Source of the DNA: the human T2T-CHM13v2.0 reference genome, Homo sapiens
Length of the DNA: 64,000 nt
Assembly (NCBI RefSeq): GCF_009914755.1
Contig: NC_060942.1
Strand: one strand, 5' to 3'
The stretch's first letter is position 1, and each line of letters opens with the position of its first letter. A model generated the notes under the pieces. That model saw only the letters and a program-made list of their open reading frames with translations, was not told the origin of the DNA and searched no databases. A program made the translations under genes and the position numbers. This document shows positions 44,710-58,780 of the stretch, piece by piece.

Positions 44710-46714
44710 GTGAGTATTGGTGGCACCACTGTGATATATTCTCACAGTCCAGAGTCTTATTTTCAATATTTATGAAACTCTAATTTTTAAAAATTATAAC
44801 ATAGTTTTTCCCAAAATGGAATTCTTAAAATTTTACATGGAAGCCAATTTCTAGCTGCTCTATTACAACTTATTAATTAGAAAACTTGTATTTTTTTCTG
44901 CATGTCAATACATGCATAGCAGAGAAACTTATTTTAAATAATCACTGATCTAAGACATCAGCAATTTTGGGGGGTAACAATTTAATGATATGTTTAATAC
45001 TTTACAGTTATTATAATTTAAGCATAAGACAACAAATGTGGGTTTGATTGCATTAGCAAATTAAACTTTTAAAATGTGATGTGTAGATTTTTGTGTTAAC
45101 TGCCAAGATTGTTAGTGTAATATCTAGATTTGTCAGAACCCAGATATTTCTACATATCTTTGGGAGTCAGAAGTGAATCTTGTAAGTAAAGTTGAGGCCT
45201 AGGAAGCAAATTATCTAGCAAATCCTTTAGACTGGCCTCTACTTAAGTACTTATGAATTTCTTTTTTGGTAAAGAATTGTATTTAGGTAATATTTTAGAG
45301 TTCAATTACATACAACCTTGTTTATTGTTTAGGTTTTTAGAAGAAACAATTTAGCTCTGTATGTTTTATGATTGCATTTTATATAACTCTTCATGTCTAA
45401 CTAGAGTCCTTGATATTGGAAACAGAAATGGAAATGTGCTGAATGAAATCAGTGTAAGTTTGAATGGATAGTTATGTTTTGTGAGGAAAAATATTTTTCT
45501 CTCCATGAACTAACAAGGAAGTTATAAGGCAGATAAATTTTTCCCTTGATTCTGGATCAGGACCCCTCTACCCTGAAGACGGTCTTCATGGTCTGTCTAG
45601 CCCTGCAAATCTGTCACTGTGTCTTCACAGTGTCAACATACTCAAATAAAAAGATTTCTTTGGTAATAGTAAGGAATCAGTTAGTCATCTTGAGTGTTTT
45701 CCTAAACAATGCTGTTTTCAAGTAAAGGTTACATATTTTAACACTGACTGAATATTTTACTTACATGTGTATACTTGGACATAGTGATAGAAAAAAATTT
45801 TTTTTCATTAAGGGCCATTTTGGTCAATGGATTGAATAGAAATTGAAGGCCACATAAAAATAAAATGTAGGAGTTTGTTTTTCTCTCTTAGGAAACAAAA
45901 ATTGGTAAATTAATCTCTTTAAATCTGTGAATAGGGAATTTAAAATTTTACTCTGTGAGTATAGCTAATGCATATCAGATGCATGATGGAGATTATTGGC
46001 TGCTACCAAAAGCTAATTAAGTATAATTCACAGCTCCCTAACTGATCAATTTCTAACTTTAGAGACAACTTTTAACTTTAATTTTTAACTTTAGAGACTG
46101 ACAGGAGAAACTGAGATAGCACGAATTATATTACCCCCAAAGCTCCACTGGGGTGTGTTCTTCATTCTTGGTACAGGTACCCACTATCTCCTTTCCTTTA
46201 AAGAATTTAAAAGAAATTCAGGCAAGCTGGTTTGGAAAGTGAGGTTTTACTTAATTATATAAGTTCAACAACAACAAAATCTAAGTTCATCACCCTCAGT
46301 ATACTAAATTGCTGAAGAATAAGTGAAGCTTTTATAAAAGATAAATCTTTGTTATTTTTCTCAAAGTTTCTGATTGAAAAACAGATGGAATTTTGTTAAA
46401 GTACCTGTGTATATCAGATTTTATCTTATTCGATATCACTGAATAGCTACTAAAAAATGTTCTGGCTTGCTATTGTACTGTAAAAAAAATTAGACTCTGG
46501 CTAAGTCTTTACACCCAGATATATTCCTTCTTGACTGTATTTAATCACAATTAAACTCTCTTTTATTCTTATGTATAGTCTGTCACTGAGTAGTGTCTGC
46601 ATACACATATGGTTTGATTGTTTCAATAGAATTTAGAGATTAATTGATCTGTCAGTAGTTTTTTAAAAATCCATTTAGGATGGGGTATTTAATCAAGAAG
46701 GTCAAGAGAGTATA

Positions 46715-47053
<339 letters not shown>

Positions 47054-47286
47054 TAAATAATATTCTTACTGTTGTATTAGAAAAAAAGTTCTAGATAATT
47101 GTATAATATTTTTCAATTGTAACAAATTTACATGGACCAATTTGCAGTCCCTTGAATATCTAACACAGATTATTCTCCTTTTTCTTAAAACTGTTTCTGA
47201 GATTGTTTTTTCTTTCAACCACCCTTTAAGAAAAACCTAACCCCCCAAATGTTTCACATTTGAACCGACATTTTTAATGCATTTAG

Positions 47287-49320
<2,034 letters not shown>

Positions 49321-49480
49321 GCTTAGTATACTCATTATTTTCAATTTTTAAAAATTAAGGTACAGTATACTTTATGTAAATTATACATAAAGTAAACATA
49401 TTTAAGTGAACAGGTTAATGAATTTTTACACATATATATGTGCATATATACATCAAACACATACCTGTGTAACCATCCCC

Positions 49481-49913
49481 TGTAGAGTCTTAATTAGGGA
49501 AAAGGAGTCAGGCTGGTGGAACCAAGGGAAAGCAAAAACCAAAAGCAGATAAGCTATAAGTCTGCCATTCTTCATGGTCCAGGACACACAGCTGTCCTGT
49601 GCAAATAACTTACAATCTTCCTGTGCCCAACCGATCACCAGACACCTGCAAGTTAGCTCACTGCAATCTTGGCATTATCAATACTGCATAAATCCCTCTT
49701 CAGCACACAGCGCAGGCACCATCCTACAAAATCCCCAGCAAGCCTTTATCTCCTTGCCATCAGCTCCTCTCTTGCTAACTTGCCCACTGTTTCCTTGCAA
49801 CTTATTTTGCAACTTTCTCTGATAAATCTACTTTTCTTTACCTACAAGTGTTTTGATAAATTATTTTTACCACCCATGCCACTGGCCCAGATAGTCACTG
49901 ATCACCTGTGACA
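49481..49913 (+). mobile_element. ERV solo LTR (MER83-like)
   Basis: TG...CA ends with a perfect tcccc TSD; begins tgtagagtcttaattagggaaaaggagtcaggctgg. Confidence 0.8.
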
Positions 49914-50250
49914 TCCCCTAGATCTAAATACAGAACATTTGCAACATCCAAGAAGACCCCCTATGCTGCTGCCAATCAGTACCCCATCCTTTCAGAGGTA
50001 ACCACTCTTACTTCTGTTGCCGCATCTTAGTTTTGTGTTTTCCTGAATTCTGCATAAATGGAGTTGTACAGTACTCTTATGTGTGTGGCTTATGTTGCTC
50101 AACACCATATCTGTATCACTGGTTTCTTCTTTATAACTGTAAAATATTTCATTTGCATAAACAAACCATAATTTATTTATCCATTTTCCTGCTGATGAAC
50201 GGTTGAGTTGTTTTCATTTTTTGATGTTATGGATCAAGCTTCTGTGAACT

Positions 50251-50893
50251 TGTTGCACCCAAGTGAGTTAGAGAAACGCCACACTTTGAGAAGAAATTGA
50301 GAGTCCTTTATTTAGCCGGCGACCGAGAGGCAGCTAACGCTCAAAATTCTCTCGGCCATGAGGAAGGGGCTTGATTTTCTTTTATTCTTTGGTTTAGGTA
50401 GGGGAGGGGGGTTCAGATGCAATAATTCTACAGAGGTAAAACATGCAAAAAAATTAAAAAGGACAAATGGCTACAGAGAAACAAACAATTTAAAAGACAA
50501 ATGGTTACAGAGAAGCAACAGTACCAGGTGCGGGGGCTCTAAATCCTTCATAAGATGTTAGATATGGGTGCTATGCCGGACACAAACTCAAGGCTTTATG
50601 GTGTTATCTTTTGAGCAAAATCCTGGGAACTTCGTACATTGCTTGTTTTAGTACCTTATCAGTTAATTGGACTCTTTTGATATGTTGAGAATCTGCTTAC
50701 ACAAGTTAACTCCTTGAGGAAAAGGGGTGGGTAGGGAGTCCTTAATGTCTTGTAAATCAAGGGAGCCAGGTGGAGTTCCTCGGGCTTTCTCAGCTAAGGG
50801 AGAGTCTATTCATGTGGAAACAAGGCTAGGTGATTAAGGGAGAAAAAAGGAGAGTCTAAAAACTGGGTTAGTAAAATAAGGTTAGGCATTACA
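50251..50893 (-). mobile_element. ERV1 solo LTR (LTR6/HERV-T-like)
   Basis: Reverse complement begins tgtaatgcctaaccttattttactaacccagtttttagactctcc, as in recalled LTR6; several CpGs retained. Confidence 0.8.
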
Positions 50894-51758
50894 AAATTCC
50901 TTGTCCATGGCTTATGGAGCACATATACTTTCACAGCTCTTGGATGTACAGGCAGGAACACAGTGACTATGTCATATGATAGGTGCTGAGAGATGCTAGC
51001 TGTCCAGGTGTTCAATTAGGACTTTGAGCCAAATTAAAAGTAATGACTAAGCCCTTATTCACTTATTGCAATAGTATAAGCAAGAGGTCGAAGAGATATG
51101 GTGTCAGCCACCATAATGTTCCATTTTTTTTTTTCTCCACATAACAGCACTGGGCAAGAGTTAAATGGATCAGCATAGACCAGGATGACCCAATTGCCAA
51201 GGGACCACTAAACAAAGGGCTTCTGCCATTTTATGGACTGGGAGATAGAGAAAGAGGAAGAAGGCCTAGAAGTGGGAAAGAACTGAGTACTGAGTCAGGG
51301 TGGAGAAAATTGTCTTCAAGGCCCCTGTTAAGGAGATGTCCACACAAGTGCTTGAACAGTATCTCCCCTGAGGCAACCCTTGTTTCTAACCCCTCACCAA
51401 ACAAGGAAGGCTCCAGATGGAAGTTCCTAGGCAAGGAATGAAGATATGCTCAACAGCATGATTGCCCAGGGTGGCATGGGGGAAGGGAAGGCTGAATTCC
51501 TGACTGCAGGTTCCTTCATAGACTGCAGTGCACAAATGCAATGCAGCTTCCTGACTGCAGCTTCCTCCAGATACTGCAATGCACAGCTGCACCAAATCTT
51601 CAGGGAGGGCCCTTTCCTCTTTGAGGCTTTCCAGGTGAAGCCTTTGCAGTGGCCTATGGTTACATCAGAAAGGTCACACATAGAATTTTGGCCTGGAGCC
51701 AGACATCTGAATAGGTAGTAAATGTTTTACATTTTTTCCCATTCTTTTCTGCCTATAG

Positions 51759-51923
51759 CCTTTCCTGAGTCCAAGAAACCATGAAGCTCACAATTCAGCA
51801 TGTCAATTCTCTACATCAACTGAAATAACTGGTGATGTTGGTACTAATTTAATTGGTGCCTGCACCAGCCCAGCGACCCTTGAACACTCAGAATTTCCAA
51901 ACAGAGAATTCCAACATTATCAG
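51759..51923 (+). CDS. DYNAP-like type II mucin, coding exon 2 (PFLSPRNHEAHNSACQFSTSTEITGDVGTNLIGACTSPATLEHSEFPNREFQHYQ)
   Basis: Polypyrimidine tract plus TAG acceptor (51757-58), 165 nt = 55 stop-free codons, donor CAG|GTAATA; aligns without gaps to the recalled DYNAP middle segment (EAH...C...IT.DV..NL.G.C..P..L.HS). Confidence 0.88.
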
Positions 51924-52634
51924 GTAATACTTGGGACAACAATGTTTTCTGGATTAAGATATAATCCACATGAAAATACTCTTGATCCAATATTTGGAGG
52001 AAGAACATTCGGTCAATTAACATTAACATTTTTCTTTTGAGAAATCCTTTGAAAATGTGAAGTCACTGAGAGGGAATATAGGAGAGGTAGAAGATTTATG
52101 GGGCTGTTTGTTTGCTTAAGGAGTTAATGATCTTAATAGAAAGACAAAAACATATAAGGAGTTTAGAGAGGGCCAAAGAAAACAAAAATTAGAGGCTTTT
52201 ATTTTTGAAGTACTGAATAGGTAGCAACATAACAAATACATTGGCAGTGAATGACATTGTCTGTAAACCTTGCTCAGGTGGAAGATGACGTCATGTGTTG
52301 AGGTCCAGGCCCTAATCTGTGGATGATCTGTCTCACTCTGCCTTCCTGCATGCCTCTGAATCTAACTGTGGGCCTTCCTGTAGCCCTCCTGGCTCTGATC
52401 TCATATGTTTTCAACCTTGACTTAGATGGTTTATGTACCCTGGGAGGTATAAAGAGTTTCTAAGAAGATATTTATTATTTTTTAATTTGGAAAGATATAT
52501 TCATGTGAATGAGAAAGCATGAGAGATCAGCGGAAATTTCTTTGAACATTAAGGAAACAAAAGTACAAGGCTTTTCCTAATAAAAGCTAAAATTTGGGCC
52601 CAGCGTTTGTTATTTAAAATAGTTTTTATCTTCC

Positions 52635-53304
52635 TGTTTTATGCTCAATGGGTTCTTCTTGCCCACTGCTTAGATAGAACAAATTTGTCAAGACAGGGGG
52701 ATTGCAATAAAGAGTTTTACACACTTAGAGCTGGCTAAATGGGAGGCCAGAGTTTTATTATTACTCATATCCGCCTCCCCCCAGATTTGGAGGCTAGAGT
52801 TTTTCAAACATAGTTTGGGAGAAGGAGAGGTGGCTAGGGAATGGGTGCTACTGACTGGTTGGGGATGGAATCATAGGAGTGTGGGAAATAGTCCTCATGG
52901 CCACTGAAGTTGATTCTGGGTGGGGCCACAGGACGAGTTGGGGCCACCAGTCATCAGAAATGCAAAAACCTGAAAAGGAATCTCAAAAGACCAATGTTAG
53001 GTGCTACAATAGTGAAGGAATCTGCAGGAGTAATTGGGGAAGTTGTAAATCTTGTGATCTCCAGAATAATGATAGGTAATCATTTATGTCTACACCTGAT
53101 CAGAATTCAGGCTCCTCTCATCCTCCTAACCTGGTGGTCTTTCATTAGCTTTACAAAGGCAGTTTAGTTTTGGGGAAGGGCTATTATGCCTAGGAACAAG
53201 TAAGGACAGTTTGGAGATTAAAGTCAAGATGAGGGTTGATTAGATCAGATATCTTTCACCATCATAATTTTCTCACTGTTATAATTTTTGCAAAGTTGGT
53301 TTCA
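52635..53304 (-). mobile_element. ERV1 solo LTR (LTR8A/B-like), intron 2
   Basis: Reverse complement begins tgaaaccaactttgcaaaaattataacagtgagaaaattatg; TG...CA ends. Confidence 0.85.
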
Positions 53305-53334
53305 TTTATACATTGTTTCAATGAAGTAATCTAT

Positions 53335-53645
53335 TTCAAAATCTACTACAAAGCTGTAGTAATCAAAACAGGATGGTATTGGCACTAAAAAACCAGACCA
53401 ATTGAAGAGGACAGAGTCCAGAAATAAATCCACACATTAATGATCGATTGGTTTTTCAACAAAGATGTGAAGAACACACAATGAAGAACAGTCTTTTCAA
53501 AAATGGTGTTGGGAAAACTAAATATCCACCTGGAGAAGAGGGAAATTGGACTCTGATCACTCATCATATACCAATATCAACACAAAATGGCAAAACACTC
53601 AAGTGTAAGACTTGAAACTATAATGCTACTAGAAGAAAACGTATA
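53335..53645 (+). mobile_element. Old L1 ORF2 fragment, intron 2
   Basis: tactacaaagctgtagtaatcaaaacaggatggtattggc...cttttcaaaaatggtgttgggaaaact. Confidence 0.8.
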
Positions 53646-53723
53646 AAAAGGATGAACAATGGCATTAATTTTTCATAAAATATTTATTTTCATCCTTAGT
53701 AATTTTATTTAAATCCGTTCCAG

Positions 53724-56700
53724 GTGACACGAAATTTCTTCTGTGACTGGTCTCTATGGAAAACCTTTCTGGCTTGTCTCTTAGCCTGTGTGATAACGAC
53801 AGCAATTGGAGTACTCATAGTATCCCTGGTATATAATGGGAAAAATAATAATGCCTCCATTGTTATCCAATTTCCCCAAAGCCATGGAACACCCTCATCT
53901 GCCACTGGAATAACCTCATCTATAGTTTCTCAACCTACTGTTGCCACTACTATAATAAATTCTACCACAAAATCCACTTCACCTAAACCTACTATTATAA
54001 GAACCACTGCAAGCACTTCTATAGAACCTACCAGCACAATGACCTCCAATAATACTTCAGCTGCAACTACAATATCACCAGCCACCACTTCAGCTGAAGC
54101 CACAGCCACAGCAACAGCAGGAATTTCCACAGAAGCTACAACCAAAACAGCCACCACTAACACTTCCACTGAATACACATCCGCAACAACAACGAGCAAT
54201 GCAACTGAACAGTCCACCACAACAACTGCAGGCACTTCCACCGAGTCTACAATCACAACAGCCACCACTGCCACCTCTACTGAACCCACAACCACAACAA
54301 CAGCCAGTAGTGCAACTGAACAGTCTGCCACCACAACTGTAGGCACTTCCACTGAGACTACAACCACAACAGCCACCACTACCACGTCTACTGAATCCAC
54401 AACCACACCAGTCAGCACTGCAACTGAACAGTCTGCCACCACAACTGCTGGCACTTCCACTGAGATAACAGCCACAACAGCCACCACCACAACCTCTACT
54501 GACTCCACAGCCACAACAACAGCCAGCACTGCAACTGAAAAGGATGCCACTACAAATGCAGGCACGTCCACTGAGGCTACATCCACCACAGCCACCACTA
54601 CCACTTCTGCTGAACCCACGACAACCACAGCAAGCACAGCAACTGAACAGTCTGCCACCACAACTGCTGGCACTTCCATTGAGACTGCAACCACAACAGC
54701 CACCACTGCCACCTCTACTAAACCCACAACCACAACAACAGCCAGCACTGCAACTGAACAATCTGCCGCCACAACTGCTGGCACTTCCACTGAGGTTACA
54801 ACTACAACAGCCACCACTACCACTTCTACTGAATACAGAATGACAACCACAGCAAGCACTGCAACTGAACAGCCTGCCACCACAACTCCAGGCACTTCCA
54901 CTGAGGCTACAACCACAGCAACCACCACAACCACTTCTACTGAGCCCACAACCAAAATGACAGCCAGCATTGCAACTGAACAGTCTGCCACCACAACTGC
55001 AGGCACTTCCACTGAGGCTACAACCCCATCAGCCACCACTACCACCTCTAATGAACCCACAACCACAACAGCCAGTACTGCATCTGAACAGTCTGCCACC
55101 ACAACTACTGACACTTCCGCTGAGGCTACATCCACAACAGCCACCACTACCACATCTACTGAACCCACAATGACAACCACAGCAAGCACTGCAACTGAAC
55201 AGTCTGCCACCACAACTGCAGCCACTGCTACTGAGACTACATCCATAACAGCCACCACTGCCACCTCTACTGAACCCACAACCACAACAGCAGCTAGCAC
55301 TGTGACTGAACAGTCTGCCACAAGAACTGGAGGTACTTCCACTGGAGTTACAATCACAGCAGACACCACTGCCATGTCTACTGAACCCAGCACTACAACA
55401 ACCGGCACTGCCAGTGAACAGTCTGCCACCACGACTGCAGGCACTTCCATTGAGGCAACAACCACAACAGCTACCACTACCACCTCTACTGAACCCAACA
55501 CCACCACAACAGCCAGCACTGTAACTGAACAGTCTGCCACCACAACTGCAGGCACTTCCACTGAGACAACAGCCACAACAGCCACCACTACCACTTCTAC
55601 TGAACCCACAATGACAATCTCAGCAAGCACTGCAACTGAACAGCCTGCCACTGCAACTGCAGCCATGGCCACTGAGACTACAACTACAACAGCTACCACT
55701 GCCACCTCTACTGAACCCAGAACCACAACAACAGCCAGCACTACAACTGAACAGTCTGCCACAACAACTGGAGGTACTTCAACTGGAGTTACAACCACAA
55801 CAGCAACCACTAGGACCTCTACTGAACCCAGCACTACGACAATTGGCACTGCGACTGACCAGTCTGCCACCACAACTGCAGGCACTTCCATTGAGACTAC
55901 AACCACAACAGCCATTACTACCACCTCTACTGAACCCACCACCACCACCACAACAGCCAGCACTGTAACTGAACAGTCTGCCACCACAACTACAGGCACT
56001 TCCATTGAGACAACAGCCACAACAGCCACCACTACAGCTTCTACTGAACCCACAATGACAACCACAGCAAGCACTGCAACTGAACAGCCTGCCACTGCAA
56101 CTGCAGCCACGGCCACTGAGACTACAACTACAACAGCCACCACTGCCACCTCTACTGAACCCACAACCACAGCAGCCAGGACTGTAACTGAACAGTCTGC
56201 CATCACAACTGTAGGCATTTACACTGAGACTACAACCCCATCAGCCACCACTACCACTTCTACTGAACCCACAACCACAACAACAGCCAGCACTACAGCT
56301 GAACAGTCTGCCACCACAACTGCAGGCACTTCCACTGAGACAACAACCACAACAGCCACCACTACCACATCTACTGAACCCACAATGACAACCACAGCAA
56401 ACACTGCAACTGAACGGTCTGCCACTGCAACTGCAGCCACTGCTACTGAGACCACAACCACAATAGCCACCACTGCCACCTCTACTGAACCCACAACCAC
56501 AACAACAGCCAGCACTACAACTGAACAGTCTGCCACAACAACTGGAGGTACTTCAACTGGAGTTACAACCACAACAGCAACCACTAGCACCTCTACTGAA
56601 CCCAGCACTACGACAATTGGCACTGTGACTGACCAGTCTGCCACCACAACTGCAGGCACTTCCATTGAGACTACAACCACAACAGCCATTACTACCACCT

Positions 56701-57185
56701 CTACGGAACCCACCACCACCACAACAGCCAGCACTGTAACTGAACAGTCTGCCACCACAACTGCAGGCACTTCCATTGAGACTACAACCACAACAGCCAT
56801 TACTACCACGTCTACTGAACCCACCACCACCACAACAGCCAGCACTGTAACTGAACAGTCTGCCACCACAACTACAGGCACTTCCACTGAGACAACAGCT
56901 ACAACAGCCACTACTACCGCTTCTACTGAACCCACAATGACAACCAGAGCAAGCACTGCAAGTGAACAGTCTGCCACCACAACTGCAGCCAGGGTCACTG
57001 AGACTACAACTACAACAGCCACCACTGCCATCTCTACTGAACCCACAACCACAACAACAGCCAGGACTGTAACAGAACAGTCTGCCATCACAACTGTAAG
57101 CACTTACACTGAGACTACAACCCCATCAGCCACCACTACCACTTCTACTGAACCCTCAACCACAACCAGCCAGCAGTGCAACTGA
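53724..57185 (+). CDS. DYNAP-like type II mucin, coding exon 3: CLLAC-motif TM segment plus Thr/Ser/Ala tandem-repeat ectodomain
   Basis: Acceptor ttccAG|GTG; 1153 codons open; hydrophobic FLACLLACVITTAIGVLIVSLVY (53766-53834); then 27 in-frame repeat units; TGA follows a frameshift at ~57168. Confidence 0.85.
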   Translation: MTRNFFCDWSLWKTFLACLLACVITTAIGVLIVSLVYNGKNNNASIVIQFPQSHGTPSSATGITSSIVSQPTVATTIINSTTKSTSPKPTIIRTTASTSIEPTSTMTSNNTSAATTISPATTSAEATATATAGISTEATTKTATTNTSTEYTSATTTSNATEQSTTTTAGTSTESTITTATTATSTEPTTTTTASSATEQSATTTVGTSTETTTTTATTTTSTESTTTPVSTATEQSATTTAGTSTEITATTATTTTSTDSTATTTASTATEKDATTNAGTSTEATSTTATTTTSAEPTTTTASTATEQSATTTAGTSIETATTTATTATSTKPTTTTTASTATEQSAATTAGTSTEVTTTTATTTTSTEYRMTTTASTATEQPATTTPGTSTEATTTATTTTTSTEPTTKMTASIATEQSATTTAGTSTEATTPSATTTTSNEPTTTTASTASEQSATTTTDTSAEATSTTATTTTSTEPTMTTTASTATEQSATTTAATATETTSITATTATSTEPTTTTAASTVTEQSATRTGGTSTGVTITADTTAMSTEPSTTTTGTASEQSATTTAGTSIEATTTTATTTTSTEPNTTTTASTVTEQSATTTAGTSTETTATTATTTTSTEPTMTISASTATEQPATATAAMATETTTTTATTATSTEPRTTTTASTTTEQSATTTGGTSTGVTTTTATTRTSTEPSTTTIGTATDQSATTTAGTSIETTTTTAITTTSTEPTTTTTTASTVTEQSATTTTGTSIETTATTATTTASTEPTMTTTASTATEQPATATAATATETTTTTATTATSTEPTTTAARTVTEQSAITTVGIYTETTTPSATTTTSTEPTTTTTASTTAEQSATTTAGTSTETTTTTATTTTSTEPTMTTTANTATERSATATAATATETTTTIATTATSTEPTTTTTASTTTEQSATTTGGTSTGVTTTTATTSTSTEPSTTTIGTVTDQSATTTAGTSIETTTTTAITTTSTEPTTTTTASTVTEQSATTTAGTSIETTTTTAITTTSTEPTTTTTASTVTEQSATTTTGTSTETTATTATTTASTEPTMTTRASTASEQSATTTAARVTETTTTTATTAISTEPTTTTTARTVTEQSAITTVSTYTETTTPSATTTTSTEPSTTTSQQCN

Positions 57186-58780
57186 ACAGTCTGCCACCAC
57201 AACTGCAGGCACTTCCACTGAGACAACAACCACAACAGCCACCACTGCCACTTCTGCTGAACCCACAATGACAACCACAGCAAGCACTGCAACTGAACAG
57301 TCTGCCACCACAACTGCAGCCACTGCTACTGAGACCACAACCACAGCAGCCACCACTGCCACCTCTACTGAACCCACAACCACAACAACAGCCAGCACTA
57401 CAACTGAACAGTCTGCCACCAAAACAGTAGGCATTTCCACTGAGGCTACATCCACAGCAGTCACCACTGCCACTTCTACCAAGACACCCACCATGACAAC
57501 CACAGCAAGCACTGCAAGTGAAGAGTCTGCTACCACAACTGCAGCCACTGCCCTGAGACTACAATCACGACAACCACCACTACCACTTCTACTGTACACA
57601 CAATGAGAACCACAGCAAGCACTGCTACTGAACAGTCTGCCATTACAACTGCTGACACTTCCACTGAGGCTGCAACTACAACAGCAACCACTACCACCTC
57701 TATGGAACCCACAACCACAACAACAGCCAGCACTACAACTGAACAGTCTACTGCAACAATTGAAGGTACTTCCACTGGAGTTACAGCCACAACAGACACC
57801 ACTGCCACAACAACTGGGGGTATTTCCACTGCAGTTACAACCACAACAGACACCACTGCCACGTCTACTGAACCCAGCACTACAAACTCCAGCACTGCAA
57901 CTGAACTGTCTCCCACCGCAACTGCAGGCACTTCCACTGAGGCTGCAACCACAACAGTCACCACTACCACCTCTACTGAACCCACCACCACAACAGCCAG
58001 CACTGTAACTGAATAGTCTGCCACCACAACTACAGGCACTTCCAATTAGACAACAGCCACAACAGCCACCACTACCACTTCTACTGAACCCACAATGACA
58101 ACCACAGCAAGCACTGTAACTGAACAGTCTGCCACCAGAACTGCAGGCACTTTCACTGACACTTCTACCACAATAGCCACCACTGCCACCTCTTCCGAAT
58201 CCAGTAGTAGAACAACACCTGGCACAGCAACTGAACAGTCTGCCACAACAACTGCTGGCCTTTCCACTGAGACTACAACGACCACAGCCACCACTACCAA
58301 CTCTACTGAACCAAGCACTACAACAGCAGCCAGCACTACAACTGAATAGTCTGCCATAACAACTGCAGGCACTTTCTCTGAGGCTACAACCACAACAGCC
58401 ACCGCTACCAACTTTACTGAACCCACAACCACAACAACAGCCAGCACTGCAACTGAACAGTCTGCTACAACAAGTGCAGGCACTTCCACTGAAGCTACAA
58501 CCACCACAGCCACCACTGCCATCTGTACTGACCCTGAAACCACAACAACAGCCAGCACTGCAACTGAACAGTCTGCCACAACAACTGCAGGCACTTCAAC
58601 TGATACTGCTACTGCAATTACCACCACTGCCACCTCTGCTGAGCCGGGCACTACAACAGCCAGCATTGAAATGGACCAGTTTGCCACAAGTGCAGCAACT
58701 TCTGCTGAGTCTTCAACCACATTGGCCACCACCACTGCTTCCTCAGAAATCACCACTTCAATCCAACAAGCCACCTAATT
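54204..58780 (+). repeat. Coding-type tandem array, ~41 units of mostly 111 bp (108/114 variants), consensus TEQSATTTAGTSTETTTTTATTTTSTEPTTTTTASTA
   Basis: 'actgaacagtctgccaccacaact' anchor recurs at 54204, 54315, 54423, 54534, ... 58563, 58671. Confidence 0.95.

Noticed and set aside
53724-53726. GTG as start codon of a single-exon 1153-aa gene
   Set aside because: It directly follows a ttccAG acceptor and is in phase with exon 2, so it is an internal Val
54204-58780. CRISPR-like array or horizontally acquired microbial adhesin
   Set aside because: No unique spacers; the repeat is codon-phased within a spliced exon fused to a mammalian DYNAP-type TM domain
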